64,000 nt of DNA from a virus (taxonomy: Duplodnaviria; Heunggongvirae; Uroviricota; Caudoviricetes), in IMG/VR virus record IMGVR_UViG_3300025413_000008; one strand, 5' to 3'. The notes beneath the pieces are model-generated. The model ran no database searches. It saw only the letters and a program-made list of their open reading frames with translations, and had not been told where the DNA came from. This document shows positions 34,963 through 43,315 of the stretch, piece after piece. The translations under genes and the position numbers were made by a program. How positions within the stretch are numbered: the first letter of the stretch is position 1; every line of letters begins with the position of its first letter.

Positions 34963-35463
34963 TTATTTTTCTCGCCCCAACATGTTTAGATGAGTATTGA
35001 TCACTTCTTTATCTTTTGCCTGCTTTGTTAACATAATACTAATTTCTTTTTTTCGCAGGACTTTCCAGTCCTTTTTTTGTTTTGGAATCTTAACTACACA
35101 CGGCTTGCTGATATTGGTAGCATGGTTCCGAATGCGAGCAGCCAGATGTTCCAGTTTAGATGCTAACCAGTCATAGAAACGAACACGAAGACAATTGTTC
35201 TTGTCCGTAATAGAATCAAACTTTTGAAAAAGATTGCGATTGAAGGCAACATTTTTAGTCAGTTGGAGCTTTTCTTTTAGTTTCTCTACTTTACGCTCAA
35301 GTTCAAGCAAAATGGAGGTCTCAGTTATGGCCTTGGTCTTGTTATCTGCCGGTAAATCAGCGACCAGCGTTCTCTGTTGTTCCAATCTGGTAATGAGTGC
35401 AGTCAATTCAACCTCAAGTGCTGGAATTTCCTCCACATCATAATGTGTGTATTTTAATGTCAT
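34963..35463 (-). CDS. Hypothetical coiled-coil protein
   Basis: SD GGAG. Confidence 0.7.
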   Translation of the reverse strand: MTLKYTHYDVEEIPALEVELTALITRLEQQRTLVADLPADNKTKAITETSILLELERKVEKLKEKLQLTKNVAFNRNLFQKFDSITDKNNCLRVRFYDWLASKLEHLAARIRNHATNISKPCVVKIPKQKKDWKVLRKKEISIMLTKQAKDKEVINTHLNMLGREK

Positions 35464-35519
35464 GTTATTTCTCCGAAACTTATAGTTACTTATTTCAGAA
35501 CATGAACCATATATTTTTT

Positions 35520-35717
35520 TTAACTTTCTCTAATCACATCAAAAATATCACCCCATTCAAAGTCAACCTCATACTGTTGGTAAAGAAATTTCCCTACCAT
35601 ACGACAATATGCGACCTTAAAGGGATATATGAGCTTCCCACTGATTGAACTGCGAAACCACCTTGGCCTCATCGGCATCCAATCTTGAATTAATATAATG
35701 TCACCTCGCGAATTCAT
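35520..35717 (-). CDS. Hypothetical protein; start MNSRG at 35717
   Basis: ATGA overlap with the upstream LKYS* gene. Confidence 0.6.
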   Translation of the reverse strand: MNSRGDIILIQDWMPMRPRWFRSSISGKLIYPFKVAYCRMVGKFLYQQYEVDFEWGDIFDVIRES

Positions 35718-36121
35718 GAATATTTCAGCGTCAAACAAACCCAAGCCCGGTAAGCATCGCGTTCGTTATAAAATTTCCAAGTTGTGCGTCCACAAAAATT
35801 TTCGCGATAACAATCTGCATTTATCAGCATCGTTACTTCATTTTCCCACTCTATCGCCTCATTCGTATGACCAAGATTATAGTTGGTAGTAATTTTATAG
35901 CTGGTGATTTTATGGTTTTGAAAGCGAGCGCCTTTGCCATTATGATGGCGGTGAACACTTTTGATCATGGTGAAATATGTTGATGTCTGTAGTGTTTTAT
36001 CCGTGTTTGACATTTTTGTTTTCCGTAAGGTATGTTGAGGATTTCTTATGAGTCCGCGAGTAAATACAGCGGGCGCATGCCAAGGATATGAGCCGCTGCC
36101 AATATAGTATCTACCGCTCAT
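35714..36121 (-). CDS. LRWS-family-like protein
   Basis: Ends FYNERDAYRAWVCLTLKYS; ATGA coupling. Confidence 0.65.
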   Translation of the reverse strand: MSGRYYIGSGSYPWHAPAVFTRGLIRNPQHTLRKTKMSNTDKTLQTSTYFTMIKSVHRHHNGKGARFQNHKITSYKITTNYNLGHTNEAIEWENEVTMLINADCYRENFCGRTTWKFYNERDAYRAWVCLTLKYS

Positions 36122-36342
36122 AAATATTTCAAGTTAAACCACATTTCCTGTTGGTCGCTTTCAAACTCAAAATCAACGTTGAAACTATGTCTATCATAAT
36201 CAAGCGAAACCGTAACATCATGTATCTCATCAGCAAGATATGACAAGAGATATCTTCTCATTTCATGCTGTAGGTCCGGGTTCATCGCTCTACCTTTAAA
36301 CACTAACATTAGATCATCAGTAATACTGGCTGGAATATTCAT
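36118..36342 (-). CDS. LRWS-family-like protein
   Basis: Ends FESDQQEMWFNLKYL. Confidence 0.7.
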   Translation of the reverse strand: MNIPASITDDLMLVFKGRAMNPDLQHEMRRYLLSYLADEIHDVTVSLDYDRHSFNVDFEFESDQQEMWFNLKYL

Positions 36343-36557
36343 AACACCCTCAACAGAAATGCAGTAAACTCTTGTTCAGAGTCAAACGTAACAGTGATAC
36401 CTTTACCGGATAGACTTAGTTTGCACGTATAGTAATCATTCCACACCTGTCCCCAGGTGTTGATACTGGTGTTTTCTCGTTCTGTCCACCCTTTAAGGTA
36501 TGCTTTTTTATACCAGTCTGGTTCTTCACCTATTAGGAAAGTTACTTGGTATGTCAT
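36339..36557 (-). CDS. LRWS-family-like protein; start MTYQ at 36557
   Basis: Ends FDSEQEFTAFLLRVL. Confidence 0.7.
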   Translation of the reverse strand: MTYQVTFLIGEEPDWYKKAYLKGWTERENTSINTWGQVWNDYYTCKLSLSGKGITVTFDSEQEFTAFLLRVL

Positions 36558-36988
36558 GACCATCGCAACGTGAACCACGTATAGTCACTTTCTTCCTTAA
36601 AGGCAAAGAACATAATATCTGCCCCGGCAGCGATGTTTACAAAGTAATCTCCGTTATGGTCTTGTCTAACGCGATGCCATTCATTACGCCACTTACCTTG
36701 ACAGTGCTGCTCACACCATTCTACCATATCATCTATTTCATCAAATTGAAAGTTGTTAGATGCGCTGGGCCGCAATAAAGAGCGTCTTGGTGACGACTTA
36801 TAGTAACTGGATGGCACCGCCCAAACAGAAGAATACCCATGATAAACCTGACTCACCAGATAGTGCTGGGCATTGTAATCGGGATCATATTTAAGTTCGT
36901 ATTCGCGCCAAGTTTTGCAATCATAATTTTCAAGAAAGCGTTTTTCGCGCCATCCTTTCCACCGTGCCTTGAGTTCGCTAAGATTCAT
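36554..36988 (-). CDS. LRWS-family protein; start MNLSE at 36988
   Basis: Ends FKEESDYTWFTLRWS. Confidence 0.75.
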   Translation of the reverse strand: MNLSELKARWKGWREKRFLENYDCKTWREYELKYDPDYNAQHYLVSQVYHGYSSVWAVPSSYYKSSPRRSLLRPSASNNFQFDEIDDMVEWCEQHCQGKWRNEWHRVRQDHNGDYFVNIAAGADIMFFAFKEESDYTWFTLRWS

Positions 36989-37332
36989 GACCACCTCAAT
37001 AAAAACCAAGCGACATCGTTCTCATTCCTGATATAGATATAATAAATGCCGATATACCAAGAACCATGTTCAAAATTTTGTTCGCACCATTTCCATATTT
37101 CATGATAATCCTCAGGATCAAGTTCAGAATACCAACCGCCATCTCGTCCTTCTATCCACTGATTCTTGTCAGCTATAATACCAAGATCATCAGTCCATCC
37201 TTCTGGATGTCCCGGATCATAGCGAAATTCTGGTTTAACTTTTTTCACTGGAGGCATTGTCCATTTTGTTTTCAGTTTTACAACTTTAGAGTTTAATCTA
37301 ATCTTTGTAATTTCAAATTTAACACCAGTCAT
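36985..37332 (-). CDS. LRWS-family protein; start MTGV at 37332
   Basis: Ends IRNENDVAWFLLRWS. Confidence 0.75.
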   Translation of the reverse strand: MTGVKFEITKIRLNSKVVKLKTKWTMPPVKKVKPEFRYDPGHPEGWTDDLGIIADKNQWIEGRDGGWYSELDPEDYHEIWKWCEQNFEHGSWYIGIYYIYIRNENDVAWFLLRWS

Positions 37333-37652
37333 GACCACCTCAACAAGAAAAACGTTAAATCTGATTCACGTGAAAAATGGTATTCTCCATTCACATAAGA
37401 TGCGCCAGCTTCCTTTAGGCGATTGCGCAAGTCATCAATAATGTTAATGAGTTTTATATTCGGATGCATCTCGCGCGAACGCTGCCGATCTTCCAGTATG
37501 AATGTTTGAAAATTATAAAATGCTTGCTTATGATTATCATCATCAATTACATATAAATTATTAAGACACCACTTTTCAATGAATGGGATTGCCCACTTAT
37601 CAGCAGGATTAAGATCAATTTTGTGTTTAGCGGACATTATGACAGATTCCAT
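37329..37652 (-). CDS. LRWS-family protein, first gene of the array
   Basis: Ends FSRESDLTFFLLRWS; promoter TTGACT-17-TACGGT at 37677-37705. Confidence 0.75.
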   Translation of the reverse strand: MESVIMSAKHKIDLNPADKWAIPFIEKWCLNNLYVIDDDNHKQAFYNFQTFILEDRQRSREMHPNIKLINIIDDLRNRLKEAGASYVNGEYHFSRESDLTFFLLRWS

Positions 37653-37719
37653 ATAGGCTACAGTGATATTTTTCTCACCGTATACCTTTTATGCAACACA
37701 GTCAAGTGTTATTTTGAAA

Positions 37720-38784
37720 TTATACCTCTAGAGTGACGTATGTCAATGTTACCGTAACAGGATTTGTGCTGCCGCTGTTATTGTAAATTTTGAGATACAT
37801 ATTTGTAGTCACAGGGCTTTCTGCATTGAACCCGAATGCTGCGGGAGTAAAGAATGTAGTAACATTGGTTCCAGTCGTAATGGACTGACCAATTACACCA
37901 CTTCCCGCCGTTGGTGGAGTTCCGATTGCTCTGCTGCTATCAGCACTTTGTGCGGCTGCACTGGTGTATACTACGACCCATGCGCCAACCGATGCAGTGA
38001 TGCTGTATAACGCATATCCTTTGGCTGCTGTTACTGTTGCAGTGGCGCTTGCTTGATATGCAAGCGAAGCGGTAGTGGTTGCTACGGTTGTGCGGCTTGA
38101 TAATCCAGTCACTGTTCCAGCAAGAGGAATTGCCACACCATTTGCATACATATAGTTATCGCACTTGATACCATACGTGCCTCCAGAAGGTAATTGAATT
38201 CCTCCTGACACAAAATTTAATGCAGTTGCTCCTGCCCCACCGGCACCACCAGAAATGTTCCATACGCCAGTCAGTGTTCCCGATGTAGTTGCGCTTCCTG
38301 TAGTAATATTGGCTGAAGTCAGAGTCCCCGTAACATTTGCATTTGCTAATTTGACATTTGCTAAGTTTGCGCTAGTAGATACAGTGAGATATCCACTATT
38401 TAAAGTTCCAGTTGTGGCAGTTCCGGATGTTGATAAATTTGAAGTATTAACATTTCCGGTTACGGTAATGTTTCCAAAAGTCGTGCTACCAGAAGACGTT
38501 GATGTTAGTGATAGCCAACTGGATGCACTAGTTACTCCCGTAACTGGACAAACATACATTGTGTTATTGTTGGTATTAAACCAAAGCTGTCCTTGGATGG
38601 GATTTGGCGGTGGAGTGTTTGCGGCAAAATTTTCCAACATTTGAACAAAGTTAGTATCAATTGCTTGACCATAACCTGAATAATTTCTTCCCGGTAAACC
38701 GAGAGAGGTGCTGGTAGTATTAATTGTTCCATCTTGGATGGTGGTAAGGACAGTTCCGTTACTGTTTAAAATTGTATATGCCAT
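37720..38784 (-). CDS. Short tail fibre / structural protein
   Basis: N-terminal domain paralogous to the 1104-aa fibre; GATAAATA at 38806-38813; SD GGAG. Confidence 0.8.
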   Translation of the reverse strand: MAYTILNSNGTVLTTIQDGTINTTSTSLGLPGRNYSGYGQAIDTNFVQMLENFAANTPPPNPIQGQLWFNTNNNTMYVCPVTGVTSASSWLSLTSTSSGSTTFGNITVTGNVNTSNLSTSGTATTGTLNSGYLTVSTSANLANVKLANANVTGTLTSANITTGSATTSGTLTGVWNISGGAGGAGATALNFVSGGIQLPSGGTYGIKCDNYMYANGVAIPLAGTVTGLSSRTTVATTTASLAYQASATATVTAAKGYALYSITASVGAWVVVYTSAAAQSADSSRAIGTPPTAGSGVIGQSITTGTNVTTFFTPAAFGFNAESPVTTNMYLKIYNNSGSTNPVTVTLTYVTLEV

Positions 38785-38830
38785 CTTTAATTCACTCCGA
38801 TGTTCTATTTATCTTGTTTTTATTCATTAT

Positions 38831-39208
38831 TTAGAGTTTTTTGTTTGGAACATCTGGCCATATAACATTATCGGGATTGTCATATGTTTGTGGAATGTCA
38901 CGCAGTTTCTGTCTATATATGGCATATGCTAACGTGTCTCCCGGATAATCCGGCATTTGAGTAAAATCACTATTTTTCAATAATTCATTTCTTTTTTTTC
39001 GCACGGATTCCCATGTTTTAGTAATTATTCTATCAACAACGATCAACTCATCGTTAACTAGTTTAATTTCCTTATTGCCATTATTAATTTCACTAAGCAA
39101 TCTATCATATTGATCATTTGATAACTTAACTGCATCGTCTGGAAATTTTGGATACACTAGTTCGTCTGTATAGAATCCCTTCTCGGAAGGACTATAATAA
39201 TATGTCAT
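38831..39208 (-). CDS. Tail fibre assembly chaperone (Tfa-like)
   Basis: YYSPSEKGFY start; RNELL..SDFTQMPD...YRQKLRDIPQ...WP; directly after the fibre. Confidence 0.85.
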   Translation of the reverse strand: MTYYYSPSEKGFYTDELVYPKFPDDAVKLSNDQYDRLLSEINNGNKEIKLVNDELIVVDRIITKTWESVRKKRNELLKNSDFTQMPDYPGDTLAYAIYRQKLRDIPQTYDNPDNVIWPDVPNKKL

Positions 39209-39209
39209 A

Positions 39210-42200
39210 TTAATATCCGAATGCTACCCACCTATAACCATAACCGTTATTACCACCAGATGATGCCTGATAGAATATAGTACAATAAGTGTTCCCGATG
39301 TATGGTACCTGAACCCACATATCATTGCCAGCATCCGCATTTCCTCTATCAACGGCTACCACAGATAATACCATATTAGGAAATGCTATTGGATATGTTA
39401 CCGTGACTCCGCCTTCTCCGGAATGATAAGTTTCATCATTTCCCCATTGCATTATGAGACCGTTTGGAAGTTTTGTCCAGCCACCTTTGGTACCACCATA
39501 AAATAAACCAGAATTACCTTGTGCATTGAAGTTTTCAGTCCATGCACTTAAGGACACGAAATTGTTTGGATTAGTGGCATTATATGGAGTGAAGCCCAAA
39601 GCGGTTGTTACTTGTGGTCCGGTTATCGTATTTACTACGCCTGCCGTCCCTGCATATACGGCATTTGTTGCAGATGAAACAGTTCCTGTGACATTTGCGC
39701 CAGTGATATTTGCTAATCCTGCGCCGTTACCGTAAAATGTACCAGCAGTTGATAGATTTCCGCTCCATATCAAGTTTGCAGTTGCTGAAGAATTTGATAG
39801 CCAATAACCCCACTGAGTGGTGGCAGTGCTATCAGTTATTTGGAAATATGCATTGCCTGATGTTGCATTTGCGCGTAATCTTAATCCACCTGTTGTTCCT
39901 CCACTATTTGGCGTAGTTGTGTCAACCGTATTGGAAGACACCAATCCAGATAGTGTTCCTAGCGATGTAATATTTGGCTGTGCTGCTATTGCTACTGTAC
40001 CATATACTAACGTAGCAAATAAATTGCCTGCAGAAATGTTTCCGTTTACTGATAAATTTGTAAGTGTTCCAACAGATGTGATGTTCGGTTGTGCACCTGT
40101 AGATACCGTGCTGGCAACACTGGCAGATGAAACAGTTCCTGTGACATTCGCACCTGCGACTGAGTTTGCAACGGCAGCATAAGAAACAGTTCCTGTGACA
40201 TTCGCACCTGCGACTGAGTTTGCAACGGCAGCATAAGAAACAGTTCCTGTGACATTCGCACCAGTAATTGAAGTCAGACCAGAACCATTGCCATAATGAT
40301 TTCCGTTGAGATTTGCTCCGGTAATATTTCCATTTACGGACAATAAAGTCAATGTTCCAACAGATGTAATGTTCGGCTGTGCTGCTGTCGTTACGGTTCC
40401 TGCGGTTGTTGCAGAGGCTGCTAAACCTGCACTGGTTGCATATGCCGCATTTGCAACCGTTCCTGTAACATTCGCACCATTAATTGATGAAATGGCCGCA
40501 CCGTTCCCGGACAGATTACCAAAGAAGTTCCCGTTAATATTTGCTCCGGTAATATTTCCATTTACGGACAATGAAGTCAATGTTCCAACAGATGTGATGT
40601 TCGGCTGAGCATTTGTTGTTACAGTTCCTGCGGTTGTTGCAGAGGTTGCTATGGTTGCGCTTGGTACTGCTCCAATCACATTAGCGCCCGACACGCTACC
40701 AGCAGATGTCGCATATGCTGCATTAGCAACTGTACCACTCACGCTTGCTGCTAAAATGTATGATATTCCAGAACCATTGCCACTGAATGATCCAGCCGTA
40801 TAAATTGTGCCATTAACCGCAAGAGAATTCAACGTGCCTACCGTGACCAGATTTGTTGCTGTAGTAATATTTGGCTGTGATGCATTGGTGACAGTGTTTG
40901 CAGTAGTAGCATTGACACCAGCGGTTAGTGATCCTGCTTGTGATGCATAGGTTGCATTTGCTACCGGTCCAGATACGTTTGCGCCTGCGACTGAGTTTGC
41001 AACAGCAGCATAAGGAACCGTCCCCGTAACATTCGCACCATTGATGTTAGTTAATCCTGCACCATTACCAAAATGATTTCCGTTGAGATTTGCTCCGGTA
41101 ATATTTCCTGAAACCACTAACCCAGTTAATGTACCAACAGATGTAATGTTTGGCTGAGCATTTGCAGTAACTGTAACAGCAGTGGATGCTCCTGCTCCAC
41201 CTACTAATTGCTGGGCATATAGGGCATAGTTTGCATTTGCAACCGTACCGATGACATTAGGACCGGACAGTGAATTTAATCCAGAACCATTACCATTGAC
41301 AGTTGCGCCTGAAATTGCCCCGGATACAGATAAAGATTGTAACGTGCCCAACGAAGTAATATTTGGCTGCGCTGGAGTTGTTAATGTTCCGTTTAGGTAT
41401 GTTCCTGATAGTAAATTAGCGCCAGCAATTTGTGAAGAAATTCCACTCATAGTAATACTTCCGTTTGATGCAAACGTAAGTTGAGTAAATGAATTACTTA
41501 CTTGTGTAATGTTTGGCTGTGAACTTACAGATACCGTCGCAGCGTATCCAGTTGTGTTTTGGTTAAGAGTCGCGACATATGACGGCTGAATTGGGCTTCC
41601 CTGCCACACACCAGTTGTGATGGTCCCGATTGATGCGAGATTAGTTGCAGATGTAATGTTCGGTTGTGCACCCACAGATACTGTATTGGCAACATTGGCA
41701 TTGGGCACATATCCGGTTACATTTGCGCCAGTAATTGATGAAAGTGCGGAACCATTACCTAAAAGATAATTTGCAGTAATATTACCGTTTGCGTTAATAG
41801 TGCCATTGCCAAACAGTGTATTGGAGGATACATTCCCTACAGTCAAACTAGACAGAGTTCCAACAGACGTAATATTTGGCTGAGCATGTGTTGTTAATGT
41901 TCCAGTAAAATATGTAGCAGTCGCAGAATTTCCTAATGTGGCATTGCCTGAGGTAATGTTTCCATTTGCATCAATTCCGAAAATCTTATTAACACCAATT
42001 CCATTATTGTAGAAATTTATACCATCGGATGTTCCAACACTGATTCTTCCATTAGCTACAACATAATCAACTACAATGCCGTCAGAGAACAAACCAGTAT
42101 ATGCACCATTTGCAGATATACCTTGGGTGATGTTAGCATATCCAGACAGAAATGTATTGTTTGCATACACATTATTTGTTAAGTTTAAATTGTTTGCAGA

Positions 42201-42524
42201 AAAACTTCCTGAATGTCCAAGATTTCCATTGGAGTCAAAAGTTGAAAGGACCATCCAGTTAGATGTGGTGGCTTCATTGTCAATCGGAGATACACGCATG
42301 ACGGCATTACCGGTATCATACCAAAACTGACCTCTGAGCGGATTTGCCGGAGGAGAACTGTTTGCAAAATTTTCAGTTACGTGCACAAAGTTCGTGTCAA
42401 ATACTTGTCCATATCCCGGATATAATCTGCCGGGAAGACCAAGCGACGTTGAGGTGACATTAATAGTACCATCTGAAATGCTACATAGTGTTGTTCCGTC
42501 ACTCTTATAGATAATATATGACAT
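39210..42524 (-). CDS. Tail fibre (1104 aa)
   Basis: About ten QPNIT repeats; C-terminal WTKLPNGLIMQWG...YPIAFPN domain typical of fibre tips. Confidence 0.88.
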   Translation of the reverse strand: MSYIIYKSDGTTLCSISDGTINVTSTSLGLPGRLYPGYGQVFDTNFVHVTENFANSSPPANPLRGQFWYDTGNAVMRVSPIDNEATTSNWMVLSTFDSNGNLGHSGSFSANNLNLTNNVYANNTFLSGYANITQGISANGAYTGLFSDGIVVDYVVANGRISVGTSDGINFYNNGIGVNKIFGIDANGNITSGNATLGNSATATYFTGTLTTHAQPNITSVGTLSSLTVGNVSSNTLFGNGTINANGNITANYLLGNGSALSSITGANVTGYVPNANVANTVSVGAQPNITSATNLASIGTITTGVWQGSPIQPSYVATLNQNTTGYAATVSVSSQPNITQVSNSFTQLTFASNGSITMSGISSQIAGANLLSGTYLNGTLTTPAQPNITSLGTLQSLSVSGAISGATVNGNGSGLNSLSGPNVIGTVANANYALYAQQLVGGAGASTAVTVTANAQPNITSVGTLTGLVVSGNITGANLNGNHFGNGAGLTNINGANVTGTVPYAAVANSVAGANVSGPVANATYASQAGSLTAGVNATTANTVTNASQPNITTATNLVTVGTLNSLAVNGTIYTAGSFSGNGSGISYILAASVSGTVANAAYATSAGSVSGANVIGAVPSATIATSATTAGTVTTNAQPNITSVGTLTSLSVNGNITGANINGNFFGNLSGNGAAISSINGANVTGTVANAAYATSAGLAASATTAGTVTTAAQPNITSVGTLTLLSVNGNITGANLNGNHYGNGSGLTSITGANVTGTVSYAAVANSVAGANVTGTVSYAAVANSVAGANVTGTVSSASVASTVSTGAQPNITSVGTLTNLSVNGNISAGNLFATLVYGTVAIAAQPNITSLGTLSGLVSSNTVDTTTPNSGGTTGGLRLRANATSGNAYFQITDSTATTQWGYWLSNSSATANLIWSGNLSTAGTFYGNGAGLANITGANVTGTVSSATNAVYAGTAGVVNTITGPQVTTALGFTPYNATNPNNFVSLSAWTENFNAQGNSGLFYGGTKGGWTKLPNGLIMQWGNDETYHSGEGGVTVTYPIAFPNMVLSVVAVDRGNADAGNDMWVQVPYIGNTYCTIFYQASSGGNNGYGYRWVAFGY
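40129..40262. repeat. 54-bp (18-aa) perfect tandem repeat, about 2.5 copies
   Basis: gaaacagttcctgtgacattcgcacc at 40129, 40183 and 40237. Confidence 0.9.
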
Positions 42525-42539
42525 TTACTTATCCTGTTA

Positions 42540-43160
42540 TTAAATTGTCACCAAGTTGGTAAGAGCCTGAATTCTGACAGTATAATCTATCTGAATTTGC
42601 CTATTCAATGACTTTTGTACTGGGTGAAATACTACGTGAGTTAACAATTGAGTTATAGGATTTCCGTTACTGTCAGTTCCATAATTTGCCAGTAGACCCA
42701 ATTCATCAAATGTATATTCTGACACTAATGCGGTGCTATTGTCAAACGCCTGCTGTCCGGATGGTTCACCATAATCAAGTAGGCACTGTACCAGAATATC
42801 TGTATACAAATTGCCAGTAGTATGATATACAGTCATCTTATTTCTAGTTGGGTCTAGATTAAAAACACTAGTATCATCTACGATTTTAGCATAAGTCTGA
42901 TTATACAGGCCAGCATTTAACCCAGTTGTATTTGGTGGAAGATAAGTGATGACCCCAGTTTCATCTACTGCTGCCGCGCCATTACCAAATGCCATTTGGT
43001 AAATCTGACCATAACCGCGATCACTGAGTGAATTTGCAAGAGCAAGGCTCATCGTCTCGTAATTGATTGCATTTTTTTTATCTACAAAAACTTCACCGGA
43101 GTTGGGATCAAAGATTTTAATAAAGCCTTCAACTTTATATTGTAGGTTGACAACTGACAT
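42540..43160 (-). CDS. Conserved structural protein, probably baseplate/fibre-associated
   Basis: Position between the baseplate and fibre genes; LDYGEP, FDELGL and FHPVQKSLNR motifs. Confidence 0.75.
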   Translation of the reverse strand: MSVVNLQYKVEGFIKIFDPNSGEVFVDKKNAINYETMSLALANSLSDRGYGQIYQMAFGNGAAAVDETGVITYLPPNTTGLNAGLYNQTYAKIVDDTSVFNLDPTRNKMTVYHTTGNLYTDILVQCLLDYGEPSGQQAFDNSTALVSEYTFDELGLLANYGTDSNGNPITQLLTHVVFHPVQKSLNRQIQIDYTVRIQALTNLVTI

Positions 43161-43300
43161 TAGTCATCCCCTCTTTTTTGCAATATAACTTCGTTAGAGT
43201 TAGGATCAAAGATTTTTACGCTGGAGGAAAAATAAATTCCCCCAAACTCGTTTGGTTTTCCTGATTTTTGATTATTAGGATTATTTTCTGTGTTTTTCAT
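43160..43300 (-). CDS. 46-aa protein MKNTENNPNNQKSGKPNEFGGIYFSSSVKIFDPNSNEVILQKRGDD (not in the ORF track)
   Basis: Manually translated; GATAAATA 5 nt upstream; TAATG overlap with the next gene. Confidence 0.75.
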   Translation of the reverse strand: MKNTENNPNNQKSGKPNEFGGIYFSSSVKIFDPNSNEVILQKRGDD

Positions 43301-43315
43301 CTGACTATTTATCAT

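Noticed and set aside
39210-39600. DGR or shufflon acting on fibre tips
   Set aside because: No reverse transcriptase, template/variable repeat pair or invertase in the window.
9254-40262. 54/72/90-bp repeats as CRISPR arrays
   Set aside because: In-frame coding repeats with no unique spacers and no cas genes.
42526-42533. GATAAGTA late-like box before the 1104-aa fibre
   Set aside because: Only 1 nt from the ATG, so a transcript starting there would miss the start codon.
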